Source: a virus
Lineage: Duplodnaviria; Caudoviricetes
DNA: 50,144 bases
IMG/VR virus record: IMGVR_UViG_3300025607_000091
Location: 1 to 50,144 of that record
Strand: one strand, 5' to 3'
Shown piece after piece: positions 35,959 to 46,394 of this stretch. Each line of letters opens with the position of its first letter. Positions within the stretch are counted from its first letter, which is position 1. A program made the position numbers and the translations under genes. Below the pieces are notes generated by a model. That model did not search any database. It was given only the letters and a program-made list of their open reading frames with translations, and was not told the DNA's origin.

Positions 35959-38900
35959 AGTAACATTTGAAAAATCCATTGAAAAAAAGGTTTTTGACAT
36001 TGGTCCTAAGTATGCAAAATCACTTGAACCGGCTTTAAAAGCAAACAAGGAATGGTTAGCTTCAATGGAAGCTTTGAAGAAATCAGCACTTGGATATGCC
36101 AAACTTGAAAAGCAATTTAAGGCAGCGAAAGGAAGAAAGGAATTCTTAGCAGCTCTTAAAGAAGAAGAAGTTGTAAGAAAAAATGCTGTAAACGCCGTAA
36201 AAGATGAAGAAAAAGCAAGGGTTGACGCTGAAAGAGTAAAGCAAGCTGAATTAGTTACTGCTAAAAGAAGACTTGAGCTATCAAAAAAAGAAATAGAGTT
36301 AGCTGATAAGGTGGCAACTCAAAAAAAGAAAAATACAAAGCTTACAGTTGAAGAAAAGCTAGCAAATCAACAAGTTAATAAAACTAAAAGAGAAGATGCG
36401 GTATTAACAAGTAAACTAACCGGAGCATACCAAAAACTTAACCTTAAGCGCACCCAAGCAAAAACAACACTTCAAAACTTAATTGCTAGTGAGGAAGCTT
36501 CTACAAAAGAAATTGAGAAGGCTCAAAAAGCATTTAATAAATTAGACGCTAAAGTTAATAAAGCTGATTTAGCGGTTAGGGACTTTGGGAAAAACGTAGG
36601 AAACTATCCTAGACAACTTGGAAGAGGTATCGCTAGTATAAAAAACTTAATGGGTGCATTTGGCGCGGTTGGTGGAATCATGCTATTCGCTAAAATCATG
36701 AAAGAATCTTTTGCAATAACAAGAGATTTTGAAAAACAAATGGCAACTACAGCTGGTGTTTTGGGGAAAACTAGGAAAGAAATAAAACCCTTAACAGATG
36801 ATGCAAAACGACTTGGAGCAACAACGGAGTTCACAGCAAAACAAGTTGGAACACTTCAAGAAGCTTACGCGCGTTTAGGGTTTACACAAGAACAAATACT
36901 TGACACAACCGAAGCAACACTAAAAGGAGCAACCGCTTTACAGTCTGACCTAGGAGAAACGGCAGACCTTGTAGGATCAACACTTAATCAATTTGGTTTG
37001 GATGCTAAAGAGTCGGGTAGGATTGTCGATGTTCTTTCAAAATCAACTCAAATAAGTGCCTTAAATTTCAAGAAATTACAAACAGCACTTCCAATAGTTG
37101 GGAAAGTTGCTAAACTAGCTGGTGTTAGTTTTGAAGAAACCGCTTCAATGCTTGGGGTATTGTCTTCTAACGGTATTGACGCTTCAACTTCAGCTTCAGC
37201 ACTAAGAAACATATTCCTTGATTTAGCCGCTAACGGTCTTACTTTAGAAGAAGCGCTGGGTCAGATAAACAACTCTACAGACAAACTAAATACAGCAAAT
37301 GAATTATTCGGGAAAAGAGGGGCTACAGTAGCAGTAACTTTAGCAGAAAACACAGACTTAGCAGCTAAATTTAGCGATCAATTAAACAACGCTGGTGGTT
37401 CAGCCGAGAAACTTGCAAAAGAACAACTTGATACCTTAGATGGTAGTATTAAATTATTAAGTTCAGCCTGGGAAGGTTTTATTTTATCCGTTGACAATGG
37501 AAGCGGAGTTTTTGGGAGTATCACAAGGGGAATTATCGATTTTGGAACAGCGATTTTAACAGCTTTTACACCTTCAATAGATAAAGCCACAGAATTAAGC
37601 AACTCTTTCTTTAAACAACAAAAGAGTGTTGAAAGTTTAGATAAAAGCATTTCACCGCTACTTACAAGATATGACGAGTTAACTAAAAAAACAAAAGGAA
37701 ACACAACCGAAACCAAACTATCTAAAAAAGAGCAAATTGAGCTTGACGGAATTATTTTAAAAGTTGCGGAAGACATTCCTTCAGCGGTTACTGCTTTTGA
37801 TGAATACGGTAAAGCATTAGGAATTAACACGACAGCGGCAAAGAATTTTATAAAACAACAGAAGCAAATACTTGCGATTAAGAACGCGGAAGCAATTGAA
37901 GAACAAGTAAAAGCAATTAAAGGTCTTAATACAGAAATCACAACCACTACCAATACTTTAAACGGAGTATCGGGAGGGTATCGAGAAGTAGTAAAACAAA
38001 ACGGTAAGTTTTATAAACAAGTTATAAAAGGAGGGAAAGTTACTAGAACTGAATTAGAGGAAATAGAAGGCGGTGTTGAGAGGTTTGCTGGTAAATTAGA
38101 AGAGCTTCAAAACGAAAAACTAGGTAGGGAAGGAATACTTGCGCAGTTAAGAGGAAATAAAACAAAAGAACAAATAGCCGCAGAAGCTGAAGAAGCGATA
38201 CTTAATGCAAAAAACTTAGCCGGAGCAACTGACGATTTAGTTGATTCAGAAAGCAAACTAAACGCTGAAAGACGAAAAGCATTAGCAGAAGCAAATCACA
38301 CTTTAAAAATCGCTCAATTACAAGAAGAAATTGATAAGTATAAAGAAGTTGCAGAAGATGAAGAGAACTTATATTCATTACGTTATCGCGCGTTAGTATC
38401 GTTAAACGAATCGAAAAAGCAACTGATTGAAGAGCAGTACAAATACGATGCTGAAAATATTGATAAAACAATAAAAGATGAAGAAATAGCAAAAGCTAAA
38501 AAGAAAGTTCTTGAAATAAATTACAATAGTGACATAAATAAGATAAAAGGCGAAAACACCCAATTAGCGGAGAAATTGCTTAAAGATAATTTTGAAGCAG
38601 TTAAACGAAATCTTGAGGGAAAGAAAAAAGCTCAAAACGAAGCTTTAGCAGCAGAAATAGAAAGTTTACAAGGGCAATTACAACGAAAAGAAATTTCAGT
38701 CGAACAGTACGAAGAAAAAGTACTTGAGCTTAAAAAGAAAAAAGCAAGAGAAGGTTTAGAAGTTGCAATATCAACGCTTGAAACTGAGATAAACACACGT
38801 TTACTAGCCGGAGAAGATGTAGCAGCGTTAGAAGAGCAGTTATCAGCAACAAGGCGCGAATTATCTAATAATGATACTGAAGTAATCATTGAGGATTTAG

Positions 38901-39883
38901 AAAAGCAAAAAGAAGCAGAAGAAAAGCTTGCAGCTGCAAAAGCAAAAATCATAAAGGATGGGTCAAAAGGTTTAGCAGAAGCACTAGGTATAGACGCAGC
39001 GCACTTGGAAGATTTTATTACTGGTGTAGTAAGTGGGTTTGGTGAAGAGATAGACCCCACAATGACTGAGTTTCAGCAGAGCATGCAAAAAACACACAAC
39101 GCTTTCGCTGCGCTAGGTTCGGTTGCGTCAGTTGTTGGAGATATAGTAAGCGCTGTTTTTGAAGGAAACATTCAGAACTTAGAAAATGAACTTGATGCAA
39201 ACGAGGAATATTACGCAAGAAAACAAGAGCTTGCCGGTGATGATCAACGAAAAAAAGACTTACTTAAAAAAGAAGAACAGCGAAAATCCGACATTTTAAA
39301 AAGGAAAATTGCTAAAGAGAAAACCAAAGCGGCTAAAGCAGAAAAAGCAGCTGCATTAGTTCAAGCCGGAATCAATACAGCATTAGCAATTACTTCAGCG
39401 TTAACAATGGCACCGCCAGCCGCATACGTTATGGCCGCTTTAAGTGCTGCAATGGGTATTGCTCAAATCGCTGCAATTGCTTCAAAGCCAATTCCAAAAT
39501 ATGCAAAAGGTACTGATTATCACCCAGGAGGACACGCACTTGTTGGGGAAGAACGCGCCGAGGTTATTAGCGAGCCGGGAAAAGCTCCTTATATCGTAGA
39601 TGGTCCGCAAGTTTTAGACTTGGCAGAAGGAACAAAAGTAACTCCAAGTTTAGGAGAATACGAAAAATTAATGCGCGCTTCAATCATGGCTAGTTTGGAT
39701 ATAGACAACCAAAAAGCGAAAAAATACAATTCAGAAGCAACAACCTTTGATCAAAATTTGTTATTGATGGAAATGAAATTGACACGTGAAGCGATTGAAA
39801 GACAGCAAACTAATATAAATATTGAAGGTCCGAAAATAGACTTAGAATATTTGGCTCACCGTAACGAACAACTAAACGGCTAA
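35939..39883 (+). CDS. Tail tape measure protein (TP901-like core)
   Basis: 1314 aa; AKRLGATTEFTAKQV, GIDASTSASALRNI, LFGKRG, QLDTLDGSIKLLSSAWEG, PKYAKGT. Confidence 0.92.
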   Translation: MANNKGKVTFEKSIEKKVFDIGPKYAKSLEPALKANKEWLASMEALKKSALGYAKLEKQFKAAKGRKEFLAALKEEEVVRKNAVNAVKDEEKARVDAERVKQAELVTAKRRLELSKKEIELADKVATQKKKNTKLTVEEKLANQQVNKTKREDAVLTSKLTGAYQKLNLKRTQAKTTLQNLIASEEASTKEIEKAQKAFNKLDAKVNKADLAVRDFGKNVGNYPRQLGRGIASIKNLMGAFGAVGGIMLFAKIMKESFAITRDFEKQMATTAGVLGKTRKEIKPLTDDAKRLGATTEFTAKQVGTLQEAYARLGFTQEQILDTTEATLKGATALQSDLGETADLVGSTLNQFGLDAKESGRIVDVLSKSTQISALNFKKLQTALPIVGKVAKLAGVSFEETASMLGVLSSNGIDASTSASALRNIFLDLAANGLTLEEALGQINNSTDKLNTANELFGKRGATVAVTLAENTDLAAKFSDQLNNAGGSAEKLAKEQLDTLDGSIKLLSSAWEGFILSVDNGSGVFGSITRGIIDFGTAILTAFTPSIDKATELSNSFFKQQKSVESLDKSISPLLTRYDELTKKTKGNTTETKLSKKEQIELDGIILKVAEDIPSAVTAFDEYGKALGINTTAAKNFIKQQKQILAIKNAEAIEEQVKAIKGLNTEITTTTNTLNGVSGGYREVVKQNGKFYKQVIKGGKVTRTELEEIEGGVERFAGKLEELQNEKLGREGILAQLRGNKTKEQIAAEAEEAILNAKNLAGATDDLVDSESKLNAERRKALAEANHTLKIAQLQEEIDKYKEVAEDEENLYSLRYRALVSLNESKKQLIEEQYKYDAENIDKTIKDEEIAKAKKKVLEINYNSDINKIKGENTQLAEKLLKDNFEAVKRNLEGKKKAQNEALAAEIESLQGQLQRKEISVEQYEEKVLELKKKKAREGLEVAISTLETEINTRLLAGEDVAALEEQLSATRRELSNNDTEVIIEDLEKQKEAEEKLAAAKAKIIKDGSKGLAEALGIDAAHLEDFITGVVSGFGEEIDPTMTEFQQSMQKTHNAFAALGSVASVVGDIVSAVFEGNIQNLENELDANEEYYARKQELAGDDQRKKDLLKKEEQRKSDILKRKIAKEKTKAAKAEKAAALVQAGINTALAITSALTMAPPAAYVMAALSAAMGIAQIAAIASKPIPKYAKGTDYHPGGHALVGEERAEVISEPGKAPYIVDGPQVLDLAEGTKVTPSLGEYEKLMRASIMASLDIDNQKAKKYNSEATTFDQNLLLMEMKLTREAIERQQTNINIEGPKIDLEYLAHRNEQLNG

Positions 39884-39886
39884 AAA

Positions 39887-42145
39887 ATGATATTACCTTC
39901 AGTAGCAAATAGAGTCCAGTATATTTTAAAACATAAGGGTTTTGAAAGGGTGGTGATTCCTGAGCCGATTGGTTGGGATTCGGACGAAAAAGAGTATGCC
40001 CGAAATAAAAAGCACCATGGTATAATTCCGAAGTTTTCCAATAGTTTAAAATTCATCGGTGAAGGTGCGGAATACATTCTTTTAGTAGAGGAAATTTACG
40101 GTGTTAACGCTGATTTAAAACTCACTAAAAAACAAAGGCACCCAATTACGGATAAATGGGAAGTTGTGTATTCGGGGAACTTTGATTTAACTACTTTAAA
40201 GGAAGAAAAAAAACAAGTGTCTGTTAAGTTTCACGCCGGAAGCTTTGACAAGGTGAGAAAATCGCGCTTCAGTAAAAAGGTAGAGATTGACCGAACCACT
40301 AATTTAGATGGTGGAGCAATTCCCGAATTAGAGCCAAAAATCATGGCTTTAGATGGCAGGGAGATTTTCAGAAAAACGGACTATGATGTGAAAGATAGTG
40401 ATAATTCAGCACTACTACACAACACGACAAACGACAGTAATGAAAGAGGCGGAACAGTAGCTATTCCGGTTAACATTGTCAACAAATCACATACAGAAGC
40501 TCAATCTGTTACACCAAACTCACCTTATCCGGACAATTCACAAGCGAGAATTGGAGCAGGGGACACTAGCAATATGTTTTTTGCTATTTCTGAAAAAGAT
40601 AGGGTTTTAAGAATAAAATTTGAATTAACATTTACCGGACTTAGTGTACCTAACAATCTTGATATAATGACTGTTTATGTAATGCTGACAACTTACAAGG
40701 ATGGTACCAATTACACATGGAAGGATCACACAAAACTATTTGAAGAGTTTACACCGCACAATCTAGTTTACACAACACACACCATTCAGTTTGAAGCTGA
40801 TGTTCCAGTACTGCAAGGGGAAAGTTTAAGTTTGAATTTTCAACATTATATGCACGCTTCCGCAGGAGGGGGGCATTTAAGCTCAAGTTTTTATGATATT
40901 TCATGCCCTATGGTAATTGAAGAAGATTCCTTTGTAGAGGCTTCACAATCAAAAGTTATGCTTGCTGAAGAATTAGGTGAAAGGCTAACACGCATAACAA
41001 CAGGAAAAGAAAACGCGTTTTATTCGGAGTTTTTCGGGCGTACTGACATTTTAAACCCTGACGGATCACAAAAATATACAGAAGATGGACCAGGAGCGTA
41101 CACGGGTTTTTCACATGGTATGTGGATCAGGCAATTTGATAAATCAGATACATTATTCAAAAGTTTCACTACTTCATGGAAAGACTTTCACGAAGCAAAT
41201 GAGGCTGTTTTAAATATGGGTCTTGGAATTGATATGGTCGGGAAACGTGAACGTATTAGATACGAGCTTTTAGATTTCTTTTATCAAAATCATGTTACTA
41301 TTAAATTAGGAAAGGTAATAAACGGAACCTTTGAATATTTACAACCTAATAACATAAAACGAACCAAAGCAAAAGAATATTTGTATACTGGCGCTGAGTT
41401 TAGCTGTATTAAAGCCGGTGAATATGAAGAAGTAAGCGGACTAGATGAATACAACGCAAAAGCGACTTTTTCAACACCAATTAAAGTAGGGGAACAGATT
41501 TACAAAAGATCACATAAATATAGAACGGATCCATACGGCCAAGAATTAACACGAATAAAGTCAAGGTTTGAAAACTCTACTGAAGATTACAGAACGGACA
41601 AGGAAATCTTCATGAATGACTTAAAAAAAGGAGATACCGAAGTTTTACTTCAACGCAAATGGCAAGATGATTTTGAAGAAGAACCTACCGGCGTTTTTAG
41701 TCCAAGTACAGCAACAAATTTAAGGTTTTCACCGGTTAATTGTCTATTAAGGCATGGTTGGGTTGTTTCTGCAAGCGGTCTAAAATACTTGTCTAATTAC
41801 GTAAGGTATAATAGCTCTACTGGAAACAGCAGTTTAACAACAAAGCTAAGAGCGGATTTATACCCAACCTTAGGCGGGGCAGCAAGAGCAGAAAACGGAG
41901 ATATTCAAGTAAAGGATCTGCAAAGAGCGCGTTTTGTTCCTGAGTGGGTAGAGTTTGAATATAAAGTTGATTTTTTTATTAATCAAGCAATTCAAGGAAG
42001 CACAACGGTTTTAGGAAAAGTAATACCAAATTTTTACGGATTAGTACAATACAAAAATGAAGACGGCGACCTTGAAAAAGGTTTTTTATTCAGTGTGAAG
42101 CCAAATGGCAAGGGAAAGTGGCGAATACTCAAGGCTAACAGATGA
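39887..42145 (+). CDS. Tail tip / baseplate-hub-like structural protein
   Basis: 752 aa directly after the tape measure gene. Confidence 0.6.
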   Translation: MILPSVANRVQYILKHKGFERVVIPEPIGWDSDEKEYARNKKHHGIIPKFSNSLKFIGEGAEYILLVEEIYGVNADLKLTKKQRHPITDKWEVVYSGNFDLTTLKEEKKQVSVKFHAGSFDKVRKSRFSKKVEIDRTTNLDGGAIPELEPKIMALDGREIFRKTDYDVKDSDNSALLHNTTNDSNERGGTVAIPVNIVNKSHTEAQSVTPNSPYPDNSQARIGAGDTSNMFFAISEKDRVLRIKFELTFTGLSVPNNLDIMTVYVMLTTYKDGTNYTWKDHTKLFEEFTPHNLVYTTHTIQFEADVPVLQGESLSLNFQHYMHASAGGGHLSSSFYDISCPMVIEEDSFVEASQSKVMLAEELGERLTRITTGKENAFYSEFFGRTDILNPDGSQKYTEDGPGAYTGFSHGMWIRQFDKSDTLFKSFTTSWKDFHEANEAVLNMGLGIDMVGKRERIRYELLDFFYQNHVTIKLGKVINGTFEYLQPNNIKRTKAKEYLYTGAEFSCIKAGEYEEVSGLDEYNAKATFSTPIKVGEQIYKRSHKYRTDPYGQELTRIKSRFENSTEDYRTDKEIFMNDLKKGDTEVLLQRKWQDDFEEEPTGVFSPSTATNLRFSPVNCLLRHGWVVSASGLKYLSNYVRYNSSTGNSSLTTKLRADLYPTLGGAARAENGDIQVKDLQRARFVPEWVEFEYKVDFFINQAIQGSTTVLGKVIPNFYGLVQYKNEDGDLEKGFLFSVKPNGKGKWRILKANR

Positions 42146-42175
42146 TTTAGCTTTATATTGTTTAAACAGCTGAAA

Positions 42176-42970
42176 ATGATAGGAATATATAAAATAATAA
42201 ACCCTAAAAACAAAGTTTACATAGGTCAAAGTGTAGAGATAGAAAAAAGGTTTTCTGCTTATAAAAGACTAAAATGTAAAGGCCAAAGGATATTGTATAG
42301 GTCGTTAAAAAAATACGGTGCTGAAAACCATAAATTTATTCTAATACACGAATGTAATGTATCAGAATTAAATGAATTAGAAAGGCATTATCAAGAAGAG
42401 TACAATGCAATTGGTTCTAACGGAATGAATTGCAGGTTGACAAAAACAAGTGATAAAAGCGGTTATTGTTCTGAAGAAACTAGAATGAAAATAAAAATGG
42501 CTAGTGTAGGAACCAGGGTAGGAAGAAAACACACTCAAGAAACCAAAAATAAAATTGGGTTAGCTAATGTTGGGAATAATCACGGGCTAGGCAAAAAAAT
42601 GAGTGTAGACACAAAATTGAAATTAAAAGAGATCAATACCGGAAATAAATACGGTTTAGGAAGGGTCGCAACAGAAAAACAAAAGAACGACCACTCTGTT
42701 TATATGCAAGGAAATAAACATTGTGTAAATAGGATTATTTCAGAGGACACAAGAAATAAAATATCGAAAGCAACAAAAGGGAAGAAAAGAACAGCTGAAA
42801 CCAAGAAAAGATTGTCATTAGCAAAAATGAAAGTGATATTAAACACGCAAACCGGGGTGTTTTTTTTAGGAGTAAAAGAAGCAAGTGAAGCATATAATAT
42901 TAAAATATACACTCTTACTAGCAAATTAAATGGCAAGAGTAAAAACGACACAAATTTAATTTACGTTTAA
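42176..42970 (+). CDS. GIY-YIG homing endonuclease with NUMOD3-like repeats
   Basis: MIGIYKIINPKNKVYIGQS; repeated SEETRMKI, TQETKNKI, SEDTRNKIS, TAETKKRLS. Confidence 0.88.
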   Translation: MIGIYKIINPKNKVYIGQSVEIEKRFSAYKRLKCKGQRILYRSLKKYGAENHKFILIHECNVSELNELERHYQEEYNAIGSNGMNCRLTKTSDKSGYCSEETRMKIKMASVGTRVGRKHTQETKNKIGLANVGNNHGLGKKMSVDTKLKLKEINTGNKYGLGRVATEKQKNDHSVYMQGNKHCVNRIISEDTRNKISKATKGKKRTAETKKRLSLAKMKVILNTQTGVFFLGVKEASEAYNIKIYTLTSKLNGKSKNDTNLIYV

Positions 42971-42983
42971 AAGCAAATAGATA

Positions 42984-45005
42984 ATGGCTACATATTCAGA
43001 AATACAAATCACCTTCAACGCTGATTTAGCAACAAACAGCAACGTAACATTTGACATACTTAATGTTCCAACAACATTAGAAACAACATTGTTTGAAAAA
43101 TGGGTTAATACAAGAGTGAGTTCAAACCAAGTAACCCTTGGAACGCCAACGGCAACACCTGGAGAAATAAGCGCAATTAATTACATAACCGCTTTTGAAT
43201 TAGATTACAACAATACTAATTTATATGTTGTTTCAAGGGTGGCCAACGTGGTAACTATAAAATGTACTAACCAAGATATAAGTTTTCAAAACGGATCCGC
43301 GCTTGATAGCCAAGATCCGCCAAACATTTTAAATGTTGACTTTGCATATAATAATTACAACACTTCTTCTTTTGGGTTTACCGATATAAGCTATTCACAA
43401 TCAACAGACCCTTGTGGTTTTGTTGATGTAGTTGTAACTACAAGCGAACTAGCTACCGAAATTGTTACGCCTGGAATAGGAGTAAACACAAACAATCCTT
43501 TTACCGTGAAAATTACAAGAGCTACAAACGGCCTTGTAAAAGTAAAAAACGCTTCAGGGGTAGAAATTGAAACGAATTTTACAACACCGCCTTTGTTAAG
43601 TGTTGCTAATGTTGATGTAAATATAGTTTCTACACCAGCGCAAGCAACGGTTTCAATAACGGTAAACAATTCAACGGGATTAATACTTGAATATTCCATT
43701 GATGATGTTACTTGGCAAAGTTCAAATATATTTAATCTAGTTCCTGGAGCTTATACGGTTTATATTAAAGATCAGTACGGTTGTGAGATAAACAAAGCTT
43801 TTAATGTTGATGCTTTTGGAATTCAAACCCCTTATTTTTATTTATCAAAATCGAATTCAATTCGTTTTGCAAATCGTATCGTTTGGAATAATAACGGAAA
43901 CCACAAAACACTTGATAATAGTTTAAGCTATGAAGCTGAGGTTGATTTACCAAAAATGGAAATTATACAGTTTCAAAGTAATGATGTAATCACAACACAA
44001 TTCAAGTCTAATTACGACACAAGGACCGCTAAAGTAATAAACCCTGATTTATCAGAAGATAGTATTTCTATTGTTAAAAAAACGGAAAACATAGGTATAA
44101 CAAATAAGCGTGACGCACGAATAATTAGTATCGCGAGTGATACTACTAAAACTGGAATTTACTTCGGCTCAGGTAACTTGTATGATTATGATACCGGAAT
44201 TGATACCGGAGTTGATTATGCTTTAAACGGTGGTGTTCCTGAATGGGGGATTGAAGGGAATTATATTGAATTTAGTGGTTCATGGTTTTTAATTGAAGAT
44301 GTTGTTTTTGATGAAGTAAGAAATGTTTACTTATTAATTATCACGAATACCTACACCGGAACAGATGACGCAACAATAATCGTTTCTTCATTGTATAATA
44401 ATGAAAACTACGAAGTGTATGAATTTACGATTGATTTTGCCAACTATATTGATAAACAAGTCAGCGTTCGAATTGATAATGTAGACGCTAATTTTGATGA
44501 TTTAGAGCATTTATCTGAATTAATAGATGCAAGAAACACGCAAGAAGGAACGGTTGAAATTAGGTGTAAAAACGAAACAAACACCGATATTTTATACAGC
44601 ACCGGAATAGAACATAAGTTTAGAATACCGCTAAATAAAAAGGATGCAAAACCAAAATCAACTTTGGAAGCGCACGATACTGATTCAAGTACTATTTTAT
44701 TGAATTCGCAATCAAGAGAGGTTTTTCAATATACATTTCATCCAGTTACAGAACAACGAATGGAGTGTTTAAAACAGGCTTTATTACATGAAACCGTAAT
44801 AATTAACGGTGAATATTTCGTGAGTACTTCACCGCCAGAAATAGAAGGAGCAATTGGTGAAACAAACTGGTACATTGTAAAAGCTTTAATGACACGTTCA
44901 AATAGTGTTTACAATAGTCAAAACGGAGGAAACGGGGACTTTAACTCAGGTAATTCAGATATACCGAACTTGTTACAAGGTAGCAACGGTTTTATTGCTT
45001 ACTAG
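42984..45005 (+). CDS. Tail structural protein with Ig-like domains
   Basis: Thr/Asn/Val-rich; YSIDDVTWQSSNIFNLVPGAYTVYIKDQYGC. Confidence 0.65.
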   Translation: MATYSEIQITFNADLATNSNVTFDILNVPTTLETTLFEKWVNTRVSSNQVTLGTPTATPGEISAINYITAFELDYNNTNLYVVSRVANVVTIKCTNQDISFQNGSALDSQDPPNILNVDFAYNNYNTSSFGFTDISYSQSTDPCGFVDVVVTTSELATEIVTPGIGVNTNNPFTVKITRATNGLVKVKNASGVEIETNFTTPPLLSVANVDVNIVSTPAQATVSITVNNSTGLILEYSIDDVTWQSSNIFNLVPGAYTVYIKDQYGCEINKAFNVDAFGIQTPYFYLSKSNSIRFANRIVWNNNGNHKTLDNSLSYEAEVDLPKMEIIQFQSNDVITTQFKSNYDTRTAKVINPDLSEDSISIVKKTENIGITNKRDARIISIASDTTKTGIYFGSGNLYDYDTGIDTGVDYALNGGVPEWGIEGNYIEFSGSWFLIEDVVFDEVRNVYLLIITNTYTGTDDATIIVSSLYNNENYEVYEFTIDFANYIDKQVSVRIDNVDANFDDLEHLSELIDARNTQEGTVEIRCKNETNTDILYSTGIEHKFRIPLNKKDAKPKSTLEAHDTDSSTILLNSQSREVFQYTFHPVTEQRMECLKQALLHETVIINGEYFVSTSPPEIEGAIGETNWYIVKALMTRSNSVYNSQNGGNGDFNSGNSDIPNLLQGSNGFIAY

Positions 45006-45204
45006 ATTTATTTTCATTGAGGGCCGCAAGGTCCTCTTTGGATATGTGCAAATGATTTTCTGTAATGTAGTTGTGATTTACATAAGTAGTTTTTGAAGGT
45101 TTTTCTTCTTCATATGTTTCTTTTGGCACCAAGGCATCAAAGATAGAGGTGAATAACCACCAACCTAACAAAGGCAAACCGATAAACAATAGAAAAACAA
45201 CCAT
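44992..45204 (-). CDS. Small antisense membrane protein (moron)
   Basis: TM segment MVVFLLFIGLPLLGWWLF; minus-strand TATCTTTG -7 box at 45218-45211. Confidence 0.55.
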   Translation of the reverse strand: MVVFLLFIGLPLLGWWLFTSIFDALVPKETYEEEKPSKTTYVNHNYITENHLHISKEDLAALNENKSSKQ

Positions 45205-45238
45205 ATAATACAAAGATAATCTTTATATCAATTCTATT

Positions 45239-45279
45239 ATTTAGAACGATTCTAAATAAGAATAGTTTTCATATATTTG
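45239..45279 (+). promoter_or_regulatory. Third palindrome copy plus -7 box upstream of the fibre/lysis operon
   Basis: ATTTAGAACGATTCTAAAT (45239-45257); TATATTTG (45272-45279). Confidence 0.7.
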
Positions 45280-45295
45280 TAATAACAACCACAAG

Positions 45296-45775
45296 ATGAA
45301 TCAATCAGCACAATTATTACTAGCAGTTAAAGCGTTAACAAGTCGACTAGACGACATACAAAACAACGCAAAAACAATTCCTGAATTAGTAGCGCAAACT
45401 GCTTTGGTTTTGTCTTCAAAAATTCCAGTTCATAACAACGGATCTTCTGAAAATATCACCGTACAACAAATAGTTGATGCTGTTTCAGTCGCTAACGGTG
45501 GTTTGCCGTTTATTACTGTAACCGCTTCAAGGGATTTTTTAGCAACTGATAACGGTAAAACCTTGATTGTTAAAAGTGCCGGGGTTGTATTGTCAATGCC
45601 AGTCATTGCCCTACCAACGGACTTCAATTGTTGTATTAAGCCATTAACCGGATATGATGCAACCCTTGATTTTACAACATACACTTATGACGCACCAAAC
45701 GGTTTAGCAATTGCCGAAAATGAAATGGTTTCCATTGGTTTTGATGATAGTTCAACTTTTATTGTAAGTCCTTAA
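45296..45775 (+). CDS. Putative tail fibre / receptor-binding component
   Basis: Position; AKTIPEL and TDNGKTLIV motifs. Confidence 0.5.
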   Translation: MNQSAQLLLAVKALTSRLDDIQNNAKTIPELVAQTALVLSSKIPVHNNGSSENITVQQIVDAVSVANGGLPFITVTASRDFLATDNGKTLIVKSAGVVLSMPVIALPTDFNCCIKPLTGYDATLDFTTYTYDAPNGLAIAENEMVSIGFDDSSTFIVSP

Positions 45776-46383
45776 TGAATACATCTGTATTAAATACATA
45801 TAGTCAAAATCAAACGCCAGTTGTAACAAGTTGTTATCGCCTAAACCTTGATAAAGCAAACACTGATAACATAGTACACGATCAAGTTGTTGTTCTTTCA
45901 GGGGTTTTTGATATATTTTTTAAGTTTAGTGTAAGAGCAGAGGACAATCAATTTGCCCCATTAATAGGTGGGGATGGTACAACTAGAATATTCATATCTC
46001 CTTCGAGAAGTGAAATATGGATTACATTCGATAATGGGTCAAATAGTGTTATTGGTGGATTGTCGTTATCTCTTAATACTGAATATGAGCTTAGAGTGTA
46101 TAGGGGAGGTGATAATATTGTTTACTATGAATTAAATGGTGGCGCTCCTACAACTGTAAGGACAACAACATCCGACTTGACTTTTCAATATGTGGGTAGG
46201 TCGCAAACTAGGTATTTCGATGGGTACATAACAGAAGCGAATTATGGAGGGGATTATAATTTTCAATTAAACGAAGGTAGTAGCGCAGCTGTAAATTCTG
46301 AACTAGGAAGCAAAACCGGAGCGATTACAACAACACAAGATTTAACCTATATCAACAATACAATGTGGGAATTATGCCCTTAA
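45775..46383 (+). CDS. LamG/ConA-like beta-sandwich protein (possible receptor binding)
   Basis: Beta-rich; YFDGYITE...FQLNEGS. Confidence 0.5.
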   Translation: MNTSVLNTYSQNQTPVVTSCYRLNLDKANTDNIVHDQVVVLSGVFDIFFKFSVRAEDNQFAPLIGGDGTTRIFISPSRSEIWITFDNGSNSVIGGLSLSLNTEYELRVYRGGDNIVYYELNGGAPTTVRTTTSDLTFQYVGRSQTRYFDGYITEANYGGDYNFQLNEGSSAAVNSELGSKTGAITTTQDLTYINNTMWELCP

Positions 46384-46394
46384 AATAAACATAT

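Noticed and set aside
39887-46383. A remote DGR variable repeat in tail or fibre genes
   Set aside because: No TR-like segment found by eye; a proper alignment of the TR against the window is needed to exclude it fully.
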